Below are positions 50,281 through 59,741 of a stretch of 64,000 bases of DNA, piece by piece (position 1 is the first letter of the stretch; each line of letters starts with the position of its first letter). The stretch comes from a virus, in the IMG/VR virus record IMGVR_UViG_3300008448_011250, positions 1-64,000 of that record, one strand, 5' to 3'. The translations under genes were made by a program, and so were the position numbers. Below the pieces are notes generated by a model. That model was not told where the DNA came from. It saw nothing but the letters and a program-made list of their open reading frames with translations, and ran no database searches.

Positions 50281-50513
50281 CACAAACTGATGAAACTCGA
50301 ATCATACCAGTACTGGATACAATTGTAGATTCAATTATAGATCGATTCATACAACGTTCCGTAATCGGAAAAGCAAAATATGGAACTGATATGGATCGCA
50401 CAGACCTTTCACTTAAAGAATGGTTACAACATAGCATTGAAGAAAAATTAGATGATATTCTTTATATGCAACGTGCATTAAAGGAGATAGAAAAGTTGGA
50501 ATCTGATAAATAA
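50277..50513 (+). CDS. Small all-alpha protein, possible MazG-like (d)NTP pyrophosphohydrolase
   Basis: R...G..KYG..MDR.DL...WLQH..EE.LD..LY acidic motif. Confidence 0.5.
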   Translation: MTQTDETRIIPVLDTIVDSIIDRFIQRSVIGKAKYGTDMDRTDLSLKEWLQHSIEEKLDDILYMQRALKEIEKLESDK

Positions 50514-50549
50514 TTTTTTTTCTGATATTTATTTAAAAATAGGTAAAAT

Positions 50550-50984
50550 ATGAAAAAAAATACATTAGCAGAAAATATGCGTAGATTCGGCACTAAGAAT
50601 TTACATGAAACTAATTTCACTTTAACTGATCTGGAAAATAAATTAGGATTTGATTCAGGTGCTAACCGAGATCCAAAAACAGGCAATTTAAGAGATACTG
50701 ATTCAAATAATAACGGATATCCAGATGATACCGAAGGATCTGCTAATAAGCAAATGATTTTATTTTCTGGTACTAATAAGTTCATGGATAGAGTTGCTAT
50801 TAATGTATTTAACAGATATGGCTTCGATAAAACTTCGATTAACCGATCATATGATCCAAACGAAGGTATTGTTGAATTTAAAGTAACTATTTCAGATGAA
50901 ATTGCAGATAAAATTAGTGATGAATTAGAACGAGCAGATAGAGACCGCGGCGAATATGGTGGCTACATTGTAGTTGAACAATAA
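50550..50984 (+). CDS. Putative internal head protein with LAENMRRFGTKNLxE leader
   Basis: Leader shared with the 30265 ORF; late motif at 50525; own terminator. Confidence 0.55.
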   Translation: MKKNTLAENMRRFGTKNLHETNFTLTDLENKLGFDSGANRDPKTGNLRDTDSNNNGYPDDTEGSANKQMILFSGTNKFMDRVAINVFNRYGFDKTSINRSYDPNEGIVEFKVTISDEIADKISDELERADRDRGEYGGYIVVEQ

Positions 50985-50996
50985 AAAAATTAGTAT

Positions 50997-51027
50997 AAGG
51001 TGCTAGCAGAAATGTTAGCACTTTTTT
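50997..51027 (+). terminator. Intrinsic terminator
   Basis: GTGCTAGCA-GAAA-TGTTAGCAC followed by TTTTTT. Confidence 0.85.
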
Positions 51028-51071
51028 ACTATCCGGTTGGTATATAGTGATATTTTTCATATATTAATAGT

Positions 51072-52028
51072 ATGAAATCCGGAAACTATCTTTCACCGAT
51101 ATATCGTTTATCTCAACGAGATTCAACGACAGTTCCAAGAAAAATATCTTATTCGCAGTGGTCAATGTATGAACGTTGTCCACTTTCTTGGAAATTAGCT
51201 TACATTGATGGATTAGCTCCATTCACATCTTCAATTGATACATGTTTCGGAACAGCATTTCACGAAACATTTCAATATTTCTTAACGGTTATGTATACCG
51301 AATCAGTTAAGAAAGCAGAAGCAATAAATTTTAGAGACATATTAACGGCAAAGCTCAAAGAAGAATATTCACGATGTGTTGCTGAAAATAATGGTGAACA
51401 TTTTTCAAATCCATTACAATTAGCAGAATACCTTGAAGATGGCGTTGCAATATTGAATTGGTTTATGAAACGACGCTCACAATACTTTTCATCTAAGAAT
51501 TGGGAATTGGCAGGCATCGAAATGGAATTGTGTGTACAAGCTTCAGACGAAAATCCTTCAGTATATTGGTATGGATTTATGGATGTTGTTATGCGACATG
51601 TTCCTAGCGGTAAAATATACATATATGACATTAAAACAAGTCGTAATGGTTGGAATCAAAATGCAAAATCAGATTCACTTAAATTAGCTCAGCTTATTAC
51701 ATATAAAAATTATTTTGCAAAACAATATGGTATTCCTAAAGAAAACATTGAAGTTGAATTCTTTGTGGTTAAACGCAAAATAATGGAAGAGTCAATGTTT
51801 CCTCAGAAACGCATACAAAACATCAAACCTGCTGCAGGTAGTGTAACACAAAAGCGTGTTCAACGTAGCATTGATTTGTTTATTGAACATTGCTTTGATG
51901 CAGAAGGCAACAAATTAGCAGATAAAACATATTTAGCAGTAGCCGGCAAAGGTTCTGCAAATTGTAAGTATTGTCCATTTAAAACTGATTACGAACGATG
52001 TCCGAAAGCGAACAGAATAAAAGAATAA
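51072..52028 (+). CDS. PD-(D/E)XK Cas4/RecB-like exonuclease
   Basis: ISYSQ....CP, FGTAFHE, G.MD, YDIKTS, QL..Y, C.YCPF.....C. Confidence 0.85.
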   Translation: MKSGNYLSPIYRLSQRDSTTVPRKISYSQWSMYERCPLSWKLAYIDGLAPFTSSIDTCFGTAFHETFQYFLTVMYTESVKKAEAINFRDILTAKLKEEYSRCVAENNGEHFSNPLQLAEYLEDGVAILNWFMKRRSQYFSSKNWELAGIEMELCVQASDENPSVYWYGFMDVVMRHVPSGKIYIYDIKTSRNGWNQNAKSDSLKLAQLITYKNYFAKQYGIPKENIEVEFFVVKRKIMEESMFPQKRIQNIKPAAGSVTQKRVQRSIDLFIEHCFDAEGNKLADKTYLAVAGKGSANCKYCPFKTDYERCPKANRIKE

Positions 52029-52240
52029 AGTATTTGCATGAACATGTTTATGTTTATCAATTCGATATTGAAAATCACCCAACATGGGGTGGTAAGCGTT
52101 GGACTACAATGGAATATGCTCTTTGCACTAACATTGATGATCCAAACCACAAAGAAAATAAAAAGCTATTAGAATCCATGCTCAGACTAGTATATGGATA
52201 TTATCCAAAAGGTGTTAAATTCATAAAGGAACGAGTATGA
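51998..52240 (+). CDS. Hypothetical protein
   Basis: Fills the gap between nuclease and SLOG genes; start uncertain. Confidence 0.55.
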   Translation: MSESEQNKRIKYLHEHVYVYQFDIENHPTWGGKRWTTMEYALCTNIDDPNHKENKKLLESMLRLVYGYYPKGVKFIKERV

Positions 52241-52641
52241 CCCGAGTTGCAGTAGTAGGCAATACAAATTGGCAAAATAAACGCAAAGTACAGGATACAC
52301 TTCAAATGCTTAAACGTAAGTTTGGAGAAGAGTTAACAGTAGTTGGCGCCGGGGGAACTGAAGGTGCTAATAGTATGGTTAGAAAATATACATTAGAATT
52401 TTCAATACGTTATGAAGAATACAATCCTAGTTTTTCCGGATACAACATGTACTCCGCTATGCCAGAATCTTATTATGGAAAACCTTATCATTTTAGTCAA
52501 CTTCATCATCGCATGAAATTGATTGCTGAACGTTGCGATTACATGATGATATTAACCAATGAAATGCAACTTGATCCGGTGTTGCAAACAGCTTGGTCTA
52601 AGACAAAAAAACTTAATAAACCGGTTGTTATTTTAGGATAG
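52237..52641 (+). CDS. SLOG/YspA-like nucleotide-binding protein
   Basis: VAVVG, VVGAGG.EGA, R.KLIAE.CD, A...KKLNKPV. Confidence 0.65.
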   Translation: MTRVAVVGNTNWQNKRKVQDTLQMLKRKFGEELTVVGAGGTEGANSMVRKYTLEFSIRYEEYNPSFSGYNMYSAMPESYYGKPYHFSQLHHRMKLIAERCDYMMILTNEMQLDPVLQTAWSKTKKLNKPVVILG

Positions 52642-52672
52642 TATATTTATATTAAAGTTATAAAGGAATAGA

Positions 52673-54160
52673 ATGGAATTACCAAAGTTACAAAAGATTG
52701 ATCCTAACAAACCTAAGAAAAAGAAAATCTTATTGTTAGCAGATGATTTTCGCTTACCATCAGGTATCGGAACAATCAGTAAAGAAATTATTTTTAATAC
52801 AATTCATCACTATGATTGGGTTCAATTAGGTGCTGCACTAAATCATCCTGATGCTGGTAAAGCATATGATTTGTCCGAAGATGTTCGCAGAGAAACAGGA
52901 GTTGAAGATGCTTCAGTTAAATTAATTCCATATAATGGTTATGGTGATAGAAACATTTTGTTTGCATTGCTAAATCAAGAAAAGCCAGATGCAATCTTTC
53001 ACTTTACAGATCCTAGATATTGGACATGGTTGTATGCATTAGAACATGAAATTAAAACTACATATGCAACGCCAATTATTTATTATTCAATTTGGGATGA
53101 TTTACCATATCCAATGTGGAACGCCCCTTTTTATGCAAGTTGCGATTTAATCATAGGCATTAGTAAGCAATCCGATAATATCCATAGAGAAGTGCTTAAA
53201 CAGAACGGATTTAAGGTTGTAGATTATGATGAATCTGATGAACTTTGTGCCGAAGTTAGTTCAGATGAAATCATTACAGGTTTTGTTCCTCACGGATTAA
53301 ATCATAATACGTTTAAACCTTTAGACGCCAAAGATCCGGTGTTGGTTGATATGCACAAAAAAATCAAAACGGATAATGGAGTAGATTTTGTAGTATTTTG
53401 GAATAATCGAAATATTCGAAGAAAACAACCAGGAGATGTAATTTTAGCATTCAAAACATTCGTTGATGGATTGCCAGAAGCCAAACGTCAAACAGTTGCA
53501 TTATTAATGCATACTCAGATAGTAGACGATAATGGAACAGATTTACGTGCAGTATGGAAAGCAGTATGTCCTGATTATAAAGTATTATTTTCGGAGGCAA
53601 AACTAAACACGCCGGAATTGAATGCAATGTATAACGTAGCAGATGTTGTAGTTAATATTGGATCAAATGAAGGTTGGGGACTAAGTTCAACTGAGGCAAT
53701 TTTATCCGGAACGCCTATCATTAATAATGTTACTGGTGGATTACAAGATCAATGTGGCTTTGTAGACGAAAATGATGAATGGATACGTTTTAATGGTGAA
53801 TTTGCAACTAATCATGCTGGTAAGTATAAATTACATGGAGTTTGGGCTAAACCAGTATTTCCTAGTAATAGAAGCTTACAAGGATCTCCGCAAACACCTT
53901 ATATCTTTGATGATCGTGTTCGATTTGAAGATGTAGCCGATGCAATTGCATATTGGTATGACACACCAGAAACCCTTCGTTCAGAAATGGGACAATCAGG
54001 AAGAGAATGGGCGTTAAAAAATGGATTAACGGCACAACAAATGGGGCAGAAAATGATTTGGATGATTGATTATTTATTTGAATCAAAACAAGTAATTAGA
54101 AAGCGATACACATTAACACCAGTTACAGAAACAAAATACGAAAAAATAGGAATAGTATGA
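52673..54160 (+). CDS. Glycosyltransferase family 4 (GT-B)
   Basis: VPHG, NNRNIRRK, LN.MYN.ADV, EGWGLS..EA..SG.PII. Confidence 0.9.
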   Translation: MELPKLQKIDPNKPKKKKILLLADDFRLPSGIGTISKEIIFNTIHHYDWVQLGAALNHPDAGKAYDLSEDVRRETGVEDASVKLIPYNGYGDRNILFALLNQEKPDAIFHFTDPRYWTWLYALEHEIKTTYATPIIYYSIWDDLPYPMWNAPFYASCDLIIGISKQSDNIHREVLKQNGFKVVDYDESDELCAEVSSDEIITGFVPHGLNHNTFKPLDAKDPVLVDMHKKIKTDNGVDFVVFWNNRNIRRKQPGDVILAFKTFVDGLPEAKRQTVALLMHTQIVDDNGTDLRAVWKAVCPDYKVLFSEAKLNTPELNAMYNVADVVVNIGSNEGWGLSSTEAILSGTPIINNVTGGLQDQCGFVDENDEWIRFNGEFATNHAGKYKLHGVWAKPVFPSNRSLQGSPQTPYIFDDRVRFEDVADAIAYWYDTPETLRSEMGQSGREWALKNGLTAQQMGQKMIWMIDYLFESKQVIRKRYTLTPVTETKYEKIGIV

Positions 54161-55416
54161 GAACAGCGGTTATATCATCACCAGTAGCAACACAATCAGG
54201 TTACGGACACCACGCACGAGAAGTAATTAAACAATTTATAGATAAACGAGGCGAAGAGTGGGACATTAAATTACTTTCAATGCCATGGGGACATACTCCA
54301 TTTACATATCCTATTCCGTTTGATTGGCAAAGCAGATTTGTTCCGCTTCCATTAACAGCACAGCCAGACATCTGGGTTCAAATTACAGTACCAAATGAAT
54401 TTCAACCTATAGGTAAATACAATATTGGTGTAACAGCAGGAACTGAAGGAGACGTTTGTCCTGCAGAATGGATTGATAAGATCAATCAAATGCAAGTTAC
54501 TATAGTTCCTAGCGAATTTACTAAATCAGTATTCGAAACAACAGCAAAGAATGCTGGAAAGTCGATTACAACTAGTTTACAAGTAGTTCCAGAATATTTT
54601 GATGACAAAATATATGACAATAAAAATGTAACCGTTAAAGTTGCTGGATTAGATGATATTAAAGAATCTGCAGCATTTTTAAGTGTCGGACATTGGTTGC
54701 AAGGTCAATTGGGGGAAGATCGTAAAAACATCGGGGGACTAGTGCATTGTTTCTTCAATACATATAAAAACAAGAAAGATGCTCCTGCGTTGATACTAAA
54801 AACAAGCGGAGCAACATATTCGGTAACAGATCGAAAAGAAATTGAAAATAGAATCAATCAAGTTCGAGATTTATTTCCAAATGTAAAACTTCCTAGTATA
54901 TACTTATTACATGGTGATTTAACAAATGCAGAAATGAATGCATTATACAATCACACTAAAGTAAAAGCAATGATATCATTTACTAAATCTGAAGGATTCG
55001 GACGACCATTGTTAGAATTTGCTACAACAGGTAAGCCAATCATTGCCCCACATTACTCCGGGCCTGCAGACTTCTTAAAAAAAGATTTTATGTGTGCCCT
55101 GCCAGGAGCATTAACTCCAATTCATCCATCTGCGCAAAATGAATTTTTAATTGCAGACGCAAAATGGTTTACGATAGATTATGGGTATGCTGGGAAAATG
55201 ATGCAAGAAGTATTGAAAAATTATAAAACATTTAAAGATTTAGCAACTCGTCAAAGATACTTTGTAAATACTAATTTTACAGAAACTGCAGTAGCTAAAC
55301 GTTATGATGAAGTATTGCAAATCATTGATGATGGCGTAAATAAAATTCCGAAAGCAGTTGAATTAAAATTACCGCAGTTACAAAAAGTAGAATTACCTAA
55401 GCTTCAAAAGGTTTGA
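54157..55416 (+). CDS. Glycosyltransferase family 4 (GT-B)
   Basis: SGYG.HAR, DRKN, EGFGRPLLEF...GKPII...SG..DF. Confidence 0.9.
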   Translation: MRTAVISSPVATQSGYGHHAREVIKQFIDKRGEEWDIKLLSMPWGHTPFTYPIPFDWQSRFVPLPLTAQPDIWVQITVPNEFQPIGKYNIGVTAGTEGDVCPAEWIDKINQMQVTIVPSEFTKSVFETTAKNAGKSITTSLQVVPEYFDDKIYDNKNVTVKVAGLDDIKESAAFLSVGHWLQGQLGEDRKNIGGLVHCFFNTYKNKKDAPALILKTSGATYSVTDRKEIENRINQVRDLFPNVKLPSIYLLHGDLTNAEMNALYNHTKVKAMISFTKSEGFGRPLLEFATTGKPIIAPHYSGPADFLKKDFMCALPGALTPIHPSAQNEFLIADAKWFTIDYGYAGKMMQEVLKNYKTFKDLATRQRYFVNTNFTETAVAKRYDEVLQIIDDGVNKIPKAVELKLPQLQKVELPKLQKV

Positions 55417-55445
55417 TAATAATCTAAATTTTAATATAATATAGT

Positions 55446-56066
55446 ATGACAATAACATATGCTATTACCGTTTGTAATGAATTTATAGAAATTCAACGAT
55501 TACTTGGTTTCTTGTTAAAACATAAACGTATACAAGATAATATTGTAGTTTTATATGATGAAGCAAATGGAGATCTAGAAATTGAAAATTTTTTGCGTTC
55601 GCATTCTGTTAATGCGGAATTTGCTTGGCATAAAGCAAAGTTTCAAGGACATTTTGCAGATTGGAAAAATCATTTAACTAAATTATGTACAGGAGATTAT
55701 ATTTTTCAAATTGATGCCGATGAAATGATTGATGAGTATATATGCCGTCTCTTACCACAAGTATTAGAACACAATCAAGTAGATGTAATTCGTGTACCAA
55801 GAATCAATACGGTACAAGGTATGACACAAGATCATATGCAACAATGGGGCTGGAATGTTAATGAACATGGATGGATCAATTTTCCAGATTATCAATGGCG
55901 CGTTTATCGTAACGCACCACACATTAAATGGGAAAACAAAGTTCATGAAGTGTTAACTGGATATGAAACAATATCTCATTTACCAACTGATAAAGAATGG
56001 TGTCTATTGCATCCTAAAACAATTGAACGACAAGTAAAACAGAATTCATATTATGCAAATCTATAG
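55446..56066 (+). CDS. Glycosyltransferase family 2 (GT-A)
   Basis: YAITVCNE, F..WKN, IFQIDADE, PD.Q.R, W...VHE. Confidence 0.88.
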   Translation: MTITYAITVCNEFIEIQRLLGFLLKHKRIQDNIVVLYDEANGDLEIENFLRSHSVNAEFAWHKAKFQGHFADWKNHLTKLCTGDYIFQIDADEMIDEYICRLLPQVLEHNQVDVIRVPRINTVQGMTQDHMQQWGWNVNEHGWINFPDYQWRVYRNAPHIKWENKVHEVLTGYETISHLPTDKEWCLLHPKTIERQVKQNSYYANL

Positions 56067-56910
56067 TCCATTAACATTTTGTATATCTACGTTCAATAAT
56101 TTGCCATATTTGAAGATTGCTATTGATTCTGTTAGAAAAAATAGTTATTACAAATCGGCTCCATTTCTTATTCATGCAGAAAATTGTACAGATGGTACTA
56201 ATGAATGGTTACAGGAAAACAAAGACACATACAATTTAACATTACTTATTGAACCTGAGAATGATGATATAAAGGGCATTGGCGGCGGAATGAATATTTG
56301 CGCCGAACATGTTGAAACTGACTATATCATGTTTCTCCATTCTGATTTTTATGTCACAAAAAATTGGGATAAAGCTTTGTTAGATATACATGAAAAATAT
56401 CCTACGGAAAAGTTATGGGTTAATTCACATCGTGTAGAGCCGAATATGTTTAATAATCCAACTAGTAGACCAGGTACAGTAATAGTTCCGCCTACAATGT
56501 TTGGTGCTTACTTTCATGATTTTAATTCTGAGTACTTTGATGCATGGGCTGAAGATTTTATTCGAATAAATAATGAAATTGAAATTCCAAAAGGAGAAGG
56601 AGTCTCTGGATTAGTTAAAAAATCAGTTTGGATCGAAGTTGGAGGCAATGATCCGAGATTTGCTCCTGCAAGTTGGGACGATATGGATTTATTCTTAAGA
56701 ATGTTACAACATGGTGTAAGATTCATATTACCAGCTTCATCATTAGTATGGCATTTTGGTGCTAGAGGTAGTCATCGATTAGAAGAAAATAATGGACAAA
56801 GTTCCGAAAGGCAACGCATTGCAGAACATGAAAATGCACACAAATGGTTACAAAAATGGGGAGCGATGCCAGCGTTTGATGAGTATGGAATGATAAAAGG
56901 AATACAATGA
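56053..56910 (+). CDS. Glycosyltransferase family 2
   Basis: TFNNLPYL, CTDGT.EWL, FLHSD, VGG.D.RF...WDD.DLF.R. Confidence 0.85.
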   Translation: MQIYSPLTFCISTFNNLPYLKIAIDSVRKNSYYKSAPFLIHAENCTDGTNEWLQENKDTYNLTLLIEPENDDIKGIGGGMNICAEHVETDYIMFLHSDFYVTKNWDKALLDIHEKYPTEKLWVNSHRVEPNMFNNPTSRPGTVIVPPTMFGAYFHDFNSEYFDAWAEDFIRINNEIEIPKGEGVSGLVKKSVWIEVGGNDPRFAPASWDDMDLFLRMLQHGVRFILPASSLVWHFGARGSHRLEENNGQSSERQRIAEHENAHKWLQKWGAMPAFDEYGMIKGIQ

Positions 56911-57593
56911 AAAATATACCTATAGTAATTTTAAACAGAGATCGTTTATATCCTTTAATTGATCAAGTTAATGTTTTAAAGAAAAAAGGATATCATAATA
57001 TAACTATCATCGATAATCAATCAACATATCAACCTTTATTGGATTGGTATAAAGAAACCGGAATTGATGTTTTTTATAATGATGTGACTGAAAATTCGTG
57101 CCATGCTTTTAGAGATTTAGTAATGATGAATCATCCTAAATTTAAAGCTATTACATCTGATTGGTATGTATTCAATGACAGTGACATTATCCCTTTAGAT
57201 ACAGTTCCAGATAATTTTATTGAAGATTTAATTGATTATGCAATTCGACACAACAAAACGAAAGTTGGAATGTCAATTAAAATTGATGACATAGATCTGT
57301 CATATCCATTGAATGCTTGGGTACATAGTTACGAATCAACTTATTGGACTAATGCAATTGTAGATGAAGATGTTGAATTATATCCACATCCAATTGATAC
57401 AACATTTGCAGTACATGCCCCGCATATCATTCCAACTTGGAGTAATGATACATTGCGAGCTGGCGAACCGTATATTGTTAAACATGCTCCATTCTATTAT
57501 GATCCAAACAATTTACCAGAAGATGAAAAGTATTATCTGATGCATATGAATAAACAAAGTAGTAATTGGTCAAGTAAAGTAGAAGTAAAATGA
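56907..57593 (+). CDS. GT-A/GT2-like protein
   Basis: ILNRDR, IIDNQSTY.PL, DSDI, IDTTFA, H.P.Y. Confidence 0.75.
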   Translation: MKNIPIVILNRDRLYPLIDQVNVLKKKGYHNITIIDNQSTYQPLLDWYKETGIDVFYNDVTENSCHAFRDLVMMNHPKFKAITSDWYVFNDSDIIPLDTVPDNFIEDLIDYAIRHNKTKVGMSIKIDDIDLSYPLNAWVHSYESTYWTNAIVDEDVELYPHPIDTTFAVHAPHIIPTWSNDTLRAGEPYIVKHAPFYYDPNNLPEDEKYYLMHMNKQSSNWSSKVEVK

Positions 57594-58255
57594 TTCCAAT
57601 ACATAAATTTGGTGTTGATTTTGTTATCACACCTTCCACTCCAGCATTAGATGATTTTTGGCAAAATGCATATCAAAACAATTGGGAAAATGAAACGTTT
57701 AATGATATATTACCAGCTCTAGATAAAAATAAAACATTTATTGATATAGGTGCATGGCAAGGTCCAATATCATTGGTAGCACAACAATATTCAAAACAAT
57801 GTTTATGTTTCGAACCCGATCCAGATGCATATAAGTATTTAGCAAAAAACATACAAGCAAATAACTTTAAAAACATACTGCATGAAAATGTAGCTGTGTC
57901 AGCAGAAGCAGTATTAAATCTAGGCGCCGATGAATTAGGCGGCGGTGTAACTAGTTTTACTAAATCTAATAATAGTATACAATGTCCTACAATATCAATA
58001 CAACAGATATTTGAAAAATATAAATTAACACAGGATGATGTATCTGTAATTAAAATTGATGTTGAAGGTTATGAATGTGAACTATTGAAAGATCCTTTTT
58101 GGAAAACTTTAAATGTAAATTTACATATAAGTTTACATGGTTTATTTTTTCAAGACAAACAAAAATATTTTAATGATTTACGAGAATTCTTTGGAAGTGA
58201 TTATCAATTTTTAGAACATGCAGATACACAAGAAATCTTTATAAGGAAACGATGA
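57590..58255 (+). CDS. FkbM-family methyltransferase
   Basis: FIDIGAWQG, FEPDP, IKIDVEGYE. Confidence 0.9.
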   Translation: MIPIHKFGVDFVITPSTPALDDFWQNAYQNNWENETFNDILPALDKNKTFIDIGAWQGPISLVAQQYSKQCLCFEPDPDAYKYLAKNIQANNFKNILHENVAVSAEAVLNLGADELGGGVTSFTKSNNSIQCPTISIQQIFEKYKLTQDDVSVIKIDVEGYECELLKDPFWKTLNVNLHISLHGLFFQDKQKYFNDLREFFGSDYQFLEHADTQEIFIRKR

Positions 58256-58890
58256 AAACAATAGCACTATTTGGAGCAAGTGGAGGCTTAGGAAGCCAAT
58301 TATTGCCAGTATTACAAAAAAAGTACAACGTTATTGCAATTAGTTCAGCTGACGTTAATGTAACTAATTATGATGCAGTTAAAACATTATTTGATACACA
58401 CAAAATTGACATTGTTATCAATTTAAGTGGTTATAATTCAGATGCATTTGCTCATAAAATTAATAACGAGCAATTGGATAAACAAATTGATATCAACATA
58501 AAAGGAACTGTAAATATAGTTTCAAATTGTTTGCCATTTATGCGAGAACAACAATTTGGTCGTATTATTTTAGTTTCATCAGTTTTAGCAGATCATCCCG
58601 TTGTTAGTACTAGTATATATTCTGGCTGTAAAGGTTTTGTGGATAGTTTTACTAAAACAGTAGCATTAGAAAATGCAAATAAAAACATCAATTGTAATAG
58701 TTTGCAATTAGGATATTTCGACGGAGGTTTAACATATAAAATACCAGAAACCTTTAGAGATACAATTAAAAATAATATACCAGCAAAACGTTGGGGTATG
58801 ATTTCTGAATTATATAATACAATTGATTATTTAATCGAAACAGGTTATATCACGGGACAAAATATTAATATCAGCGGAGGAATCATATAA
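58252..58890 (+). CDS. Short-chain dehydrogenase/reductase
   Basis: GASGGLG, GRII.VSS, Y...K (YSGCK), IP.KRWG, YITGQ.I.ISGG. Confidence 0.92.
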   Translation: MKTIALFGASGGLGSQLLPVLQKKYNVIAISSADVNVTNYDAVKTLFDTHKIDIVINLSGYNSDAFAHKINNEQLDKQIDINIKGTVNIVSNCLPFMREQQFGRIILVSSVLADHPVVSTSIYSGCKGFVDSFTKTVALENANKNINCNSLQLGYFDGGLTYKIPETFRDTIKNNIPAKRWGMISELYNTIDYLIETGYITGQNINISGGII

Positions 58891-59741
58891 TGGAAGTATA
58901 TCAAGATTTTGCTAACAATGTACATATAACAGCTAAAGAAATAAATATCGGAAGCAATGTTCGTTTTGGTAAGGATATCAAAATAAATGTACGAGGAACA
59001 TTTGAAGTTGGTAATAATAGTATCATAGGCGATCGTTTTACTGCAAATGCCGAAGAACTTATTATTGGAGAATATTTTTATAATGGGCCAACTGATTCTA
59101 GGGGTATGGTAATAGGCGGCGGAGGAGCTAACTTTCCATATGCAAAATTAAAAATAGGCGATCGGGTTGTTTGTCATACAGGACATATAAATCTTGCAAG
59201 TCCAGTTACAATTGGAAATGATGTAGGTTTATCTCATGACGTCGATTTGATTACGCACGGATTTTGGTATTCTATTTTAGAAGGATATCCTAGAGTATTT
59301 AAAGACATCAATATTGGAAATAATGTTATTGTAGGGTGGAAAACAGTTATTATGAGTGGCGTTACAATAGCCGATAATACAGTAATTGGTTCGAATTCAA
59401 CCGTAACAAAATCTTTGTTAGAATCTAAAGCCATTTACGCCGGCTCTCCTGCTAAGTTAATTAAACATATCACTGAACCTACGTTGCAAGAAAAACATCA
59501 AATGCTTGAATCTTTGATTGCAGATTTTAAAGATTTAATGTCATATTACGATGTGCCAGAATTTACCATTAATGCACAATATCCATATTTATATATAAAT
59601 CAACTAAAGGTTAATGTTGATGATTTTAGTTATGAAGGCGAACATGATGCAATAACAGATGCATTCAGAGATTTTGCTAGAAGATATGGAATACGAATTT
59701 ATGTTCCACATGGTTTTAAATTTAATTTAACACGTAAATGA
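58890..59741 (+). CDS. Left-handed beta-helix acyltransferase
   Basis: Hexapeptide repeats IG.NV, GV.I...TVIG..S.VTKS, YAG.PAK. Confidence 0.88.
   Translation: MEVYQDFANNVHITAKEINIGSNVRFGKDIKINVRGTFEVGNNSIIGDRFTANAEELIIGEYFYNGPTDSRGMVIGGGGANFPYAKLKIGDRVVCHTGHINLASPVTIGNDVGLSHDVDLITHGFWYSILEGYPRVFKDINIGNNVIVGWKTVIMSGVTIADNTVIGSNSTVTKSLLESKAIYAGSPAKLIKHITEPTLQEKHQMLESLIADFKDLMSYYDVPEFTINAQYPYLYINQLKVNVDDFSYEGEHDAITDAFRDFARRYGIRIYVPHGFKFNLTRK

Noticed and set aside
51072-52028. CRISPR-Cas system suggested by the Cas4-like nuclease
   Set aside because: No repeat-spacer array or other cas genes; solo Cas4-like nucleases are common in phages.
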